Source: Psammoneis japonica
Lineage: Eukaryota
Direction: 5' to 3'
Assembly: GCA_008632985.1 (NCBI GenBank)
Contig: QPGO01000236.1
Coordinates: forward strand, 62,001 to 103,230
Length of the DNA stretch: 41,230 nt
This document shows, piece after piece, positions 25,501 through 37,434 of the stretch. Under the pieces are notes generated by a model. That model was not told where the DNA came from. It did not search any database and saw nothing but the letters and a program-made list of their open reading frames with translations. Position 1 is the first letter of the stretch. Every line of letters begins with the position of its first letter. The position numbers and the translations under genes are program-made.

Positions 25501-27498
25501 TTGATTTTGTCCTCGCAGAGTTGCGCGGCGTCCAAGATTGAGGCTGTCATCAGCTGCACATCCTTTGGAAGCTTCTCCCACTTGTCCCTGCCAAAGATGG
25601 CACCAGGCTTGTGAGTGGGTCCCACTTCAGCTAACTCACCGTCTGCGACTTCGCAATTCTGGCCACAACAACCAAAACAGATCCGACAATGCAACTTGCA
25701 TTCTGGTCCATCCCTTTTTTCGTTTGGCTTGCCATGTTCCAACACTGCACAGAGTGTCAACGACACACTGAGCTGCAATCCAAAAAAGTGTTTCTGATGC
25801 ATCTTGTCCGTGTGTCGCAAATGAGTGACCACGTTGGAAAAATGAGAGGTTGGCTGGGTCGGGCAAGCAATTGCAACCATCAATTCTTGCGTCGGATTGT
25901 TGGGAGCCAAGCCGTTTTCAAATCCATGCACAAACTTGCGGAGTTGATTCACCAAGCAGAAATCGGAGATGCTGTGGAACAACTGGTGCTTGACACAGCT
26001 CCCCTCAAAGGAACCGGCAATGGGGGTTTCCTCAAAGACGACAAGGTGAGAATGTTGTGACTTCACCTCACCCGGAATTGCAAACGGAGATGGTTCAGGA
26101 AACACTTTCACAAGCTCTTCTTTTGTGAAATTGTCTGGCGGAGGAGGAGGTGACTGATGAGTCATGCCGAGGGTCGGCCACTTTGTTCGGGAATGTTCAA
26201 ATTGTTCCTCGAGAGTCGGCACATCTTGGAGAATCAGCGATTTGTTCTGAGAAACATCAGAAGGTTCATCATCTTTGGGGTTTTTGAGACTGGGGCTTGA
26301 GGAGCAAAGGGAGGCAGCTGAAGAGGTGGCAAGAAGAACAGAAGAATTGGAGACAAGAAGAGGAGGACAAACAACCAATCAAACAATGTGATGGATTCAC
26401 ACCATTTGGATTTTTTTGTTTCCGAGCATTTTTCGTAACAGATGGAACTGCATTGCAGATTTCTTTCTTCTTGCACTGAGTGGCAAAGTCATGAAGCCTG
26501 GCTTTCCACACAGCCTCAAAACGATCCCTTGTGGCCTTGCTTTTGCCGGAATCGTCAGCGGCAGAAACCACACGATCAATTTTCACACATCTTAAAAGAG
26601 TCTCATCGACATGTGTTGCGCGCATTTGTTCTCGCTCGACATCAAGCATCGCTGGTCGCATGGGCTTTGCCCAAGAATTTTTGTGTTGGTGGAACAATGA
26701 CTTCACGAATTCAGGGAAGGACATGGGGCGTTCGTCTTTGGTCGTCTCACAGAGACCAAGAGCCAGGAAATTCTCCAAAAAGTTGATGCAAGTCGATGTC
26801 TCATCACATTCGCCGAACAGGGAGCAAAGCCAATGATCGTCATCACCATTCCTTTCAGGTGCATGCGGTGGAATCTTGTCACAAAGAATCAAAAAACCAA
26901 TGTGAAGGCATTGCGCGCAATGCAAAACCTTCCCTTCAAAACTTCTCAGCTCAGTGTGCTTGACAAGTGGCTCTGCCTTTGGGTTGCACAATCCGGGATC
27001 ATGGAGAAGCTTGCACAACATGGAAATCTTTGCCATCATGTTGGTTGTGATGTCTGTTGATTTTGCCTTGTCGCCGACGACTTTCACATCCTCCACTTTG
27101 GGAGCACGGCGATGCTCCAACGCATGAGGATGTTTGGCGCCTTGACTGGAATGACTCCATCCTTTTGTGGAAAGAAAGTGCAGCAAGCTCTTGCACCCAA
27201 GTTCCTTTGCAACAATGCGGTTCACAGCCATTGGCTCTACAAAAAAATGAGGTCTGCCCTTTGACTTTTGCCACATGTGGGCAAGCGCGATCCAATTTGG
27301 AGAGGGATCACAAGTGGAATCGCAGTGGAACTGAACCTTGGATTTCACCGTCTCGATTGTCGCTTTGACGCGGCTCCGCTCGTTGCTGTCAATCACTCCA
27401 AAACCATTGGCAAAGAGAGATTCAAATGCGGCCTCCTCGAGGTGGGAACCGTTGTTGTCTTGCGACAGAGAGGCAACCGATGGGTCATGTGGCGCCAT
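22559..27498 (-). pseudogene. Large multidomain cargo gene of element B, split by a MITE
   Basis: ORFs 26269-27720 (from MAPHDP), 25275-26378, 23150-25015 and 22559-23116. Removing the MITE plus one TTCA joins EIQVK to CISSSGKK in frame. Paralogous to 4296-9279. Confidence 0.78.
24979..25374 (+). mobile_element. 396-bp MITE, copy 1
   Basis: 12-bp TIR GACGCGTTCCAG / CTGGAACGCGTC with TTCA duplicated on both sides. Interrupts a reading frame. Confidence 0.92.
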
Positions 27499-27735
27499 GG
27501 TTGCTGTTCCAACACCAAAAAATCTGGTTTCTGCAGAAATGTGCCAGAGTGGTGCATGGGAGAAGTCACATGTGCGCCTGGTGGGATTTGGAGTTTTAAA
27601 CACAAAAACCCACCAGACGTGCGTGCAACTTCTCAAGGGGAAATCCTGCGTGAGATCACACCGGGAAAGGGCAATGCGAAGTGCAGAATTGATGAAAGAA
27701 AACACTGTGCATGACAGCATCAGGAGAAAGGGTGT

Positions 27736-28305
27736 GTGTGCTGGAAAACAACATGGATTTCTGCATGTGCGTCAAGGTGCGTGAAGAACACATGGGTGCC
27801 TTCAAGTGACGCATGCGAACAATCACAAAGAAACATTCAGAAATGGAGATGGCACAGAGAGAAGTCAGAAACATGGATCCAAAACAAAGTGACACACAAC
27901 AGAAAAAAAAAACAACAACAAGAGACGATGAAGGTGACGGCAACGGGATTGATGAAAAAGAGGGATTCAGATGGAAAGACGCCGGAGATGGTGAAAACAG
28001 GTGGTGCAAAAATGAAGAAGGAAGAGAAAAACAGGACGGGCAAAATGAAGAAAGAGAAAAAGAAGCCAACAACACGACGTCAAGAGGGGAGCAGCGATGC
28101 GATTTGGCATTTTGAGGGGCCTCTTCCTCTGGATGATGTTCACCCAAATGCAAGACATGCAGTGTGGCTTTTTTGGGACGGTGACGAGGAAACATCCAAC
28201 GCAGCAGCGGCACATTTGGAGTTCTTGCAAGAGAGCGGACAAGACATGTGGAATGAAGAGGACGATGTGGACGACCAGGCAAATTGGAGCACAGTTGTTG
28301 ATTGA
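27736..28305 (+). pseudogene. Small subterminal ORF of element B (Lys/Glu-rich; second copy at ~32850-33374 minus)
   Basis: WHFEGPLPLDDVHPNARHAVWLFWDGDEE is conserved in the element C copy. Function unknown. Confidence 0.4.
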
Positions 28306-30569
28306 ACAACCAGTGCACACTTCACATGATGAAAATTGCATTGCATGCAATTGCAATGTTTGGCTTCCAGTTAAAGATCGTTGGTTGTTGTGAAAAAGGC
28401 AGAGCACAAAAATTAAAAAACATCTGTGTTCAAACATGAAGAACAGCAGGAGATCAATGGTCAACTAAATGACAAAAACTGTCATGTGCAGACAAGCAGG
28501 TTTTATGATGCAGCAGTGCATTTTTGTCATGCGTGCAGATGTTACGATGTTGTGCACTCTGATGATCCAAAAGCACATGAAGTGTGCATGTCAGGAAATG
28601 CCCCTTCTGCCGACTGTTCCAGTTGTCTTTCACATCTGTCAATTGTGCCCTTGTGCCCGCATTGTTGCCCTCCATCTTGGTGTGTGTGAGCAATGCATGC
28701 AGCCCGAGTGCGTGTTCCTTGGCAACAAAGGATGCGCCGCCATTGCTCAAACTTGGTTTGCTGCAATCACGGCAGAGCTCATGAGCCGGGAGCACCTTTC
28801 CAAATTTTGCAGGTTGATGTGTGACCACGTGGGGTGTCACTGTGTGTGGCACAATGTTGCAATTCTGCGCAAGCACCCGTGGGATTGTCCTGTGTGAGAG
28901 TGTGGTGGTGTGCCAACCTCCTCGGGCACTTTGGGACGTCAGGCAGTTGCGCCAATGACAGAGAAACCAAAAGGCATCGGAGGGGATGCTCTGTTGTGTC
29001 CATGTCTGGGGGAGCGGCACCGTCATGGTGTCGCATCTCTTTGCATTTCTTTCCCTGATGTCAGTGTGTTTTCTACGTTAAATTCTGTGTGATTCAGCAG
29101 TTTTCAAGTCAGTTGTTTCAGCGCAAATTTCATGTGCAATTCTGCGCGTTTGGCCAGAATTTCGAGTCGACGACCGTGCAAGGTTTGTCCTCTTGTTCTT
29201 CTCACCAACACACTTCCTTTGAGTTTTCTTTCCAATGTGCTGCAACATGTGATGGACATTCTACGGTGCTGCAAAGTGGGTTGTCACAAGTCTTCCAAGT
29301 GGTTTGCAGTTCCAAGTCTCGGCGTTGCTTCTTCATGCTCTTCGATGTTGCAACTTCAGCACACAATTTCTGTGCAATTCTGTGCATGACAGAAATTTCA
29401 TCCAACAGCTCCGATCATCATTTCCTTTTCCTTCGTTGGGGTCTGTGTTGGACTTTCTTGGGTGTTTTTCATCCCAGGAATCTCTCTCACATCTCTTCAA
29501 GCATGTCATCTTTGGAGACAGACACGTGTTCAGTTTTTCTGCAGTGTTCATTTTGGTGTCTCCCAAGTGGTGTGGCTGGGCTTGTCCATTCTTCGAGGCA
29601 CAGCAACTGTGGCTGCCGTGTGACAAGCATCCGGTCAGCTGCCATTCTGACTTAAAACAAACAGCCTCTTTCTGATGGTGCATTGATGGCATTGCCTTCA
29701 GACGATGTGTCAATGGCACTGTCTTTCTGACAATGTTCAATGGTGTTTAAATTGTCCCTGCTGCCCCATGTGGGTGCTGGGGAACGTGGGTCTGCCATGG
29801 TTGGTGTTGGTGTGGGCGGCAGCGAGGCAGCGGTAAAATGGATTTTGAGTTTTTTTTGTGTGTGTGGCACAATGTTGAGTGATTTGCTGGAAAGCCCATG
29901 TGCACTCTGCAAAGTCCCCACATGGTTCTTGTCGGAGACAGGCGCCAGTGGGTTGCAATCTGGGCTGCAGATCTTTTCATTGTTGGCATGCCTTTGGTTG
30001 ACATCTGGTTGACTGAGAGGACACATGGCTGCAACATCATGGTTTCTTGCACAAGTCACCCCCGCCAACAGAGAGATGACCACCGGACTGATGTCTGCAT
30101 TGACCCTGTGGAAGTGATGGCCCATGTCTGCTCCCTTTTTATTTGTTCTTTTGACAACTCATCAGTTTTTCCCAATCTTTGTTGGTGATTTCATCCAGTT
30201 TGCAGGGGCACCTTTCGACAGGGGACATGATGGTGGCTTCAATTTCTTGAAGCATCCACCATCTGATTTCACATCCCCCATCAGATTCTTTGGCACTGTT
30301 GCATCCTCCACGATCACTTTGCCACAAATGACCCTGAAAATGGTGTGCACCTGCTCCACTGTCAATTCTTTGTCAATCGGTGAGATTCTGTTGTGCGCTG
30401 CTGCCACACACCCCAGACTGCCCATCTCTTGAAATGTCAAGGTTCCCTCCAAATTTCCAATTGCACATTCTTCGCCGATTGGGTCTTTCATCATTGCCCT
30501 GTTGTCATGGTTGACAGCTTTGTGGAATCTCAGTGCCTGTTTGTTGTTCAGCAACTCTTGTCATGCAGG

Positions 30570-30820
30570 TGCGAAATGGAGATGGCGTCGTCTCCATTTT
30601 TCACAACACGCTGTGTTGGACAGACATTGTCACGCCGGCCGCATGATCAATGTGGGCACGTGTGAATTTTTCCAAACAAACTTGGTGCCGGACAGACCGT
30701 GCAAAATGATTGATGCGGGCACGTGTCAATTTTTCCAAACAAACTTGGTGCCAGACAGACCATGCGAAATGGAGACGGCATCGTCTCCATCTCGCATGAC
30801 ACACAATGTCAGACAGACAC
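30570..30820. repeat. Two 63-bp tandem units bracketed by two copies of a hairpin-containing repeat
   Basis: Units at 30643 and 30706. Hairpins ATGGAGATGGCGTCGTCTCCAT (30576-30597) and ATGGAGACGGCATCGTCTCCAT (30769-30790). Confidence 0.85.
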
Positions 30821-31724
30821 TTTTCAAAACTGGGCACAGTGCACGATGCTTTTGGGCCACGTTTGCATGGCCATCACTGTGATTTTTGTTAAAAGCTCAT
30901 GACCTGTCATTTTTGCCCATTTTTCTCACAACACACACACCTCATCACATCGACTCAACCATGACGACATCTTGGAAATTGGTGCCAACCACTTTCCAGG
31001 ACACTGATCCCACTGACACTGTCACTTGTGTCCCTGGTGCAAGTGGCAAGGCCGTTGCTCCAGCTGTTGTGTGATGAATGCAGCCCAAATGGCATCACAC
31101 ACACTCACGCCATTGGTTTGATGCTCCATTGCCTCCCACAGGTGCTGTCACTCACAACAACGCTGTTCATGAAGTTGCCAACAATGCAGCACTGTTTTTC
31201 ATTGACAACGACCCTGACGTGACAGGTGAAAACTTTTCTGTTCTGCAGTTGGCATCTGCAGAGGTTGCTTGCACAGTCCGCTGATGGGTTGAGAGTTGAG
31301 AGTCAGCATGTGAACGATCCTCGGAGCCTGTGGTGTCGTTGCTGGTGGTTTCATCCATTTGGGCCAACACACCATTCATTTGTGGTGATGCAGAAACTAG
31401 ACCAGCCAATCTGGTCAAGATTGGATGTTGCTTCGACTGTTTTTCTGGCATGACAGCTTCGGATGCGGCGATTGTCCATCCTGTTGGTTGTGTTCTGCAA
31501 CTCCTTGAGCTGGTGCTGTGTCAATCCTGGATGCAACCACCCAGTTCAAACACTTTTTCAGACAACTTCATCACATCGGCAATCAATCAAAGCTGTTCCA
31601 GTCATTGCAGCAATCATTTCTCAGTGGGGATCATTCGGGTCCTGAGAGTCATCACGTGGAAATTGTGTGGGAGAGCACTGGACATCATTGTTGTCAGTCT
31701 GTCCATCTGTCCACACACGAATGT

Positions 31725-31837
31725 CAACTTCTCGGGAAATCAATTGAAATGCCATCTGATTGACGGCATTTTGATTCACATGGTGAAGGCCAATGCCGTC
31801 AATCAGACAGCATTTCAGCTCAGTTCCCAAAAAGTTG
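31725..31837. repeat. 46-bp imperfect inverted repeat with 21-nt spacer
   Basis: 31725-31770 pairs with 31792-31837. The inner 16 bp TCTGATTGACGGCATT are perfect. Confidence 0.85.
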
Positions 31838-32437
31838 TTGGCTCTGATCACTCTCTCGCATGACATTGTGCACATTTCCACATGATTTTGTGTTTTGCCT
31901 TGTGCTGCAAAACACCAATTGTGACCCATGCGGCATTTTCGAATGACTCCCATTGAGCCCTTGGAACAAGGCAGAGCTGCCGCTGGCGCGGGCACCAAAC
32001 TCTTGATTCCCACCCATTTCGGTGCTTTCACGCTGCCTGTGTTTGTTGTTGGTTTCTTCTGCAGCTCACAGTCAGCACGTTTGTGTGTGGCAGACACTTT
32101 CTAGACTGTCGCAAATCATCTTATCTGTGTTGTGAACAAATTGTGCATCGAGTCGCCATCACAAGGGAAAGCTGCATCAGAGTGCACGACATCGTAATGT
32201 CTGCACACATGATGAAAACACATTGCTGTGTTGTAAAATCTGCTTGTCTGCACATGATGGTTTTTGTCATTTGGTTGATTGTCAATTTCCTGCTGTTCTT
32301 CATGTTTGAACACAGGTGCTTTTTAATTTTTGTGCTCAGCCTTTTTCACAACAACTGACGATCTTTAACGACAAGCCAAACATTGCAATTGCATGCAATG
32401 AAATTTTCATCATGTGAAGTGTGCGCTGATTGTTTGA

Positions 32438-32833
32438 GATGCGTTCCAGCCCTGGGTGGGAGCTCGCAGTGCTGACGTGTGACAACAACAATTTTTGTCA
32501 TCCGTCGCATGTTTCGCACGTAGATTTCTGCGTGTGACATTAAAAAAAAAATGTCCAGACTCGCTGTTTTGCGAAGCCCCAGATGTTTCATGTGACAAAT
32601 TTGTGGAAACAACAATGCGCCAGTTGCATTCTTCAATGTCTGAAGAATGTAGCTGGCCAAGTAAAAAATGATGTGCTTCAATCATGTGCGAGTTTGTGCG
32701 TTCGCAAAATTGCCTCATTTTCTGTTGGCAATCATTGACATTTTAATTGCTGCACAATTTCACTGTGGAGCTCACACGCAGAAGTCTGCGGGCCCAATGT
32801 CACACGGATTCCCACCTGCGTCTGGAATGCGTC
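32438..32833 (-). mobile_element. 396-bp MITE, copy 2
   Basis: Same TIR with one mismatch at each end and TTGA duplicated. The empty site is in element B at ~28290-28320. Confidence 0.92.
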
Positions 32834-33670
32834 TTGATCAACAACTGTGCTCCAATTGGCCTGTTCATCCACATCATCCTCTTCATTCCAGGTGTCTTGT
32901 CTGCTCTCTTGCAAGAATTTCAAATGTGCCGCTGCCGCGTTGGATGTTTCCTCATCACCATTCCAAAAAAGCCACACTGCATTTCTTGCATTTGGGCGAA
33001 CATCATCGAGAGGAAGAGGTCCCTCAAAAAGCAGAATCGTGTCGCTGCTCCCCTCTTGACATCGTGTCATCTGCTTCTTTTTCTCTTTCTTCATTTTTCC
33101 CATCCTGTTTTTCTCTTCCTTCTTCGTCTTGGTGCCGCCTGTTTTCACCGTCTCCGGCATCTTTCCATCCGAATCCTTCTTTTTCATCGATCCCGTCGCC
33201 ATTGCCTTCATCGTGTGTCACTTTGTTTTGGTTCCATGTTTCTGACTTCTCTCTGTGCTGTCCCCATTTCCGAATGTTTCTTTGTGATTGTTCGCATGCG
33301 TCACTTGAAGGCACCCATGTGTTCTTCATGTGCCTCAACGTGCATGTAGAAATCCATGTTGTTTTCCAGCACACACACCCTTTCTCCTGATGCTGTCATG
33401 CACAGTGTTTTCTTTCATCAACTCTGCACTCCGCATTGCCCTTTCCCGGTGTGATCTCACGTGGGATTTCTCTGGGAGAAGTCACACATCGCATCTGGCA
33501 GGTTTTTGTGTGCAAAACTCCAAATCCTGCCAGGCACGCATGTGACTTCTCCAACGCACCACTCTGGCACATTTCCACAGAAACCAGAATTTTGTGACTG
33601 ACGCATGACCAATCTGGTGAATGCAATGGTGGACCCATGACCACAACAATCAGAGCATCAGAAGAAAACC

Positions 33671-34660
33671 ATGTCAGATGAACTCTGTCTGTCTGCTGCT
33701 GAGGATTTCCATCGCCGGATGATGGAGACAGTTGATGGTTTTGTTCACACTGACGCTGCTCATTGTTCGGAGGAACAGAGAGCAAAGGATGCAAAGGCTG
33801 CGTTGTCAAGATCGGCAGCAGCAACAGCAGAAGCCCATTGTGCCGTTGTGGCTGCAATGACCGCACTTGACAGTGCTTTGTTAAATCAAGCAACAACCAC
33901 TTGCGAATTCAAGCACATCCATGCGCAGTTCATTGAGTCATTGATCAAGACACACTGTTCAGACAACGACTGTGTTGTTGCAGTGGAAAATTGCAGCAAA
34001 GCGGAAATGAGTTTCCAACGCTTTCTTCACGGCAACGCATTTGACGCAAAAGAATTGGGGCTCCCAATCTCCGTTGCGGGACATCAAAAATCAGAATGTG
34101 GGCTAAACATGCTGCGCAGCTGTGACTCGACGTTGCTTCTGAGAAGCCTCAGGGCAAATTCTGACACAGATGCCAACAGAGTGGCAGAGAGGGAGTTTTC
34201 TGCGATTGACAGCATTGACAAATCCATCCACTGCCGTGCCGTGCCACTCCTTCGATGGCGACATCTGACACAGCCGCAGCGCGTCCTGAAGGACACAATC
34301 ACATTGCTCCACGAGGCCCTCGACGATTTGAGAAGGAAAGACGTTGCCTTGCAGCGACAGTGGCAAGCTTTGTGTGATCTGAGGCCAGGCACAGATCAAA
34401 TGCGGGGAGGGACATGGACCGCGATCCGGGCTGTGGACGAAGAAGCCGTGGCAAGAGAAAGGGTCCTGCAGTTGGCATTGCAAATCGAGGCACAATTTGT
34501 GGCTGTCAACCAGCCTGACCACAGCGCCAACTTTCAGCAGGCAATTGTGGCTGCCAGGGAACATTTCATGGCGCAGGATGACCAAATGGACCGTGCAAGT
34601 GGACACTGCACAGAATCTGTGAGGAAGCAATTGCTCCAAAAATGCACACACTGTGAGTGA
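33671..34660 (+). CDS. 329-aa predicted helical protein occupying the cargo slot of element C
   Basis: Uninterrupted ORF rich in Ala/Leu/Glu/Gln/Arg with no Tyr. Lies between the same flanks that bracket the 5-kb cargo gene in B. Confidence 0.6.
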   Translation: MSDELCLSAAEDFHRRMMETVDGFVHTDAAHCSEEQRAKDAKAALSRSAAATAEAHCAVVAAMTALDSALLNQATTTCEFKHIHAQFIESLIKTHCSDNDCVVAVENCSKAEMSFQRFLHGNAFDAKELGLPISVAGHQKSECGLNMLRSCDSTLLLRSLRANSDTDANRVAEREFSAIDSIDKSIHCRAVPLLRWRHLTQPQRVLKDTITLLHEALDDLRRKDVALQRQWQALCDLRPGTDQMRGGTWTAIRAVDEEAVARERVLQLALQIEAQFVAVNQPDHSANFQQAIVAAREHFMAQDDQMDRASGHCTESVRKQLLQKCTHCE

Positions 34661-35175
34661 ATGACAGATTGATGCACGCATCCTGTTTTAGAAACAAATC
34701 TGACCAACACTTCCTTCTGTCCTGTGCAGCCCAAACAAGTGGGGCCTTTTCTTGTGCTTCTGCTGCTCCTGGACATTCTTCGCAAACCAAAACATTGTCC
34801 CCAATTGCTTCGATGGGGACAACACGCAACTCAGGTGAGTGCTGAGTCTTCTCAGGCATTGAAAGCCAGTTGTTTCGTTTGTGATCAAGCTGCCAGAGAC
34901 CAACCAAGTCTGCATGCTGATGAAGATCTTGGGAATCTGCTGCAAGTTGATCGCCTCGGATGGGACTCATCATCATCAAAGGACGAGGAGGAAGAACCAC
35001 CGCTTTCTTTGGGTGGCCCCTCTGTTGTGGCAGGAATGTTGCTTTGATCTGGGGTTGGATCTTGGGTTTGCAACTCTTGGGCAACTGAGCAACACGTCGG
35101 CGAGCATCTCCAATGGCAGGCCACTCGCAAAAAACTTTGGCCACAACCGGGACAGAGAAGAGGGTTTCCGTCCAT
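34655..35175 (-). pseudogene. Internally deleted transposase of element C
   Basis: The 5' part (matches 18866-19118) is fused at ~34920 to the 3' part (matches 22300-22570). About 3.2 kb of B, including the catalytic core, is missing. Confidence 0.85.
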
Positions 35176-35430
35176 TGCAAATCAGACAACATTGACAGGG
35201 CCTTCATCAAGACTCACACTCGTCGTCCTTGTCTTGTGGGTGAGAAGGGAAAAAAAGAACAACACAAAAAAAATGGCAGGAAAGTGGCAAACATCACATT
35301 GTCTTCCAGATTGGGACGATTCTTGTGGGTGTGACGCACCTGCATTTTGATTTTTTGTCTGGCATCCACAATGAATGTTGTGCTTTTCACTTGCTGTCAA
35401 AATGCAGGATGTCATCTCCATTGAAACGCA

Positions 35431-35952
35431 GACGCGTTCCAGACGTGGGTGGGAATCCGTGTGACATTGGGCCCGCAGACTTCTGCGTGCGAGCTCCGCA
35501 GTAAAATCACGCGGCAACCAAAATGTCAGGCCAATTGGAGCACAGTTGTTGATCAAGACGCGTTCCAGATGCAGGTGGGAATCCGTGTGACATTGGGCCC
35601 GCAGACTTCTACGTGCGAGCTCCGCAGCAAAATTGTGCAGCAATTAAAATGTCAATGATTGCCAACAGAAAATGAGGCAATTTTGCGAACGCACAAACTC
35701 GCACATGATTGAAGTGCATCATTTTTTACTTGGCCAGTTACATTCTTCAGACATTGAAGAATGTAACTGGCGCATTGTAGTTTCTATAAATTTGTCACAT
35801 AAAACGTCTGGGGCTTCGCAAAACAGCGAGTCTGGACAATTTTTTTTAAATGTCACACGTAGAAATCTACGTACGAAACATACGACGGATGATAAAAATC
35901 ATTGTTGTCACACGTCAGTGCTGCGAGCTCCCACCTGGGGCTGGAACGCGTC
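35431..35952 (+). mobile_element. MITE copy 3 (98-bp partial copy + 28-bp foreign flank + full 396-bp copy 35557-35952)
   Basis: TIR at 35431, 35557 and 35941-35952, with CGCA duplicated outside. The empty site is in element B at ~18605-18625. Confidence 0.9.
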
Positions 35953-36208
35953 CGCAATGACAGCCATGTCAAAAAGCAAGTTGGACTGTTTGTTGTTGTG
36001 CACAAATGTGTTTTCAAATTTCAGTGTTGCTGACAACAACCCATGCAATGTTGCAGAGAAAAACAGAGTGCCTGGCTGTCTCAACATGACCCAAACGACG
36101 GTTGCACTGTCGAACAGTGCCGCTCCTCTCATTGTTGCCGTGAAAAGATCAAGATGTCATCTCCAGCACAACTGGCAAAGAAGAGAAAAAAATGAGACTG
36201 TTGAGCCA

Positions 36209-37434
36209 ATGAGCCCGAGACTTCAGGCAGTGTTGAAGAGAACAGGTGCGCAGGCAGCGCATGGTGCATTGAAATCAGAAGCAGAGAAGGTGGCCAGAAA
36301 TGATCTCTTTCCACAGGTGAAGTTTCTCAGTCCATCAGAGTTGGCAAGCAATGGGAGCGTCTCAATGTTTGTCAAGAAACAGATTGCTGGCGGCAACATG
36401 GACACTTCAAATTGGTCAGGAACTTGTGAGGAATGGGCAAAAAAGGTGGCAAAAAGGCAAATTGACAATCGCAGAAACAAGGTGTGCTCGGCTGTTGGGG
36501 CGGAGGCAATGGCCCGCAAGTTGAGTGACCAATGTGTGTGATTCGAGAGTTGCGCATGTCTCACAAGAAGATGACAGTGATGCTTTGTCTGCACAGACGT
36601 TGTCACTGAGGAAGAGGGAAAGGAAAAAGAAAAGAATCTCAAGGCGGCAGACAGGAGGAAAAAGAGGAAAAAGTCAAGCCGTGACAAGAATGAAGAGAAT
36701 GATGTCCCGTTTGTGCCAACATGGATCCGTTTGGCCCAGACACTGTCACCGGCGGCAAACAAAGGAACAAGCAGGCACGCAAGTGGTTCTGTGATCACAT
36801 CCTGCCTCAAACCAAGCAAAAGCAGGCATGGAGTGGCGCCGTCAAAACTGGGAACACACAGGTCTCACAGTTGTTTGCGGTCGGTGACAAAGCTTTGGCG
36901 CTGTCAGCTGTGGAGAGTTGTTGGCAGGTGTGGGCATGCAGGAACAAGGAGGAGGCGGTGGAAGAATTGGGTGAGGAAATGGAGCCCGAAGAAACAAGGC
37001 CTGCCCCTCGGCACACAAAGCCAAACAAACAATGAGTGTCTTGGGGAGATGACGGAATCAATCGGTTCAACGATTTGTGCAAAGAGGTGACGAAAGACAG
37101 AGACTCCAAGGAGGGCAAGGAGTTTGAAAAGTGGCACGCGGAGATCAAGAAAAGCGAGTGCGAGAAGTCCAGGGAAGCAAAAAAGAAGAAAAAGAAAGCA
37201 CCGACCGGTGATGCGGATGAGGTGAAGGCAATGAACAGCCCAATGGTGGAGAGCAGCAGGGGCAACAATGGCAACGACGATGAGCAGGAGGAAGGCGCAA
37301 AAGGCAAAACGGACGATGGAGGAGACGAGTCCGATGATGATCGTCAGCTTAGTTTGAGAGAGTTGCAGCAAGAAAATGTGCACACAGTTGACATGGCACT
37401 CGGTCATTGCACTGCAGATGCAACAAGGGATTGA
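36209..37434 (+). pseudogene. Accessory gene of element C
   Basis: Reverse-complement copy of 16483-17710 (ORF pieces in 35672-36541, 36721-37035, 37036-37434). Confidence 0.72.

Larger units (their letters stand above)
3551..28564 (+). mobile_element. Plavaka-like multigene DNA transposon, element B (hosts element A, a TRIM and a MITE)
   Basis: 13-bp TIR CATCAGAGTGCAC at 3551 with its reverse complement ending 28564. Segments 3551-3740, 16376-19118, 22300-22570 and 27517-28564 are collinear with element C. The flanks (CC vs AT) give no matching TSD. Confidence 0.8.

Noticed and set aside
30643..30768. CRISPR-like array (also considered for 7931-8106)
   Set aside because: Contiguous tandem units without unique spacers, in a eukaryotic TE context with no cas genes.
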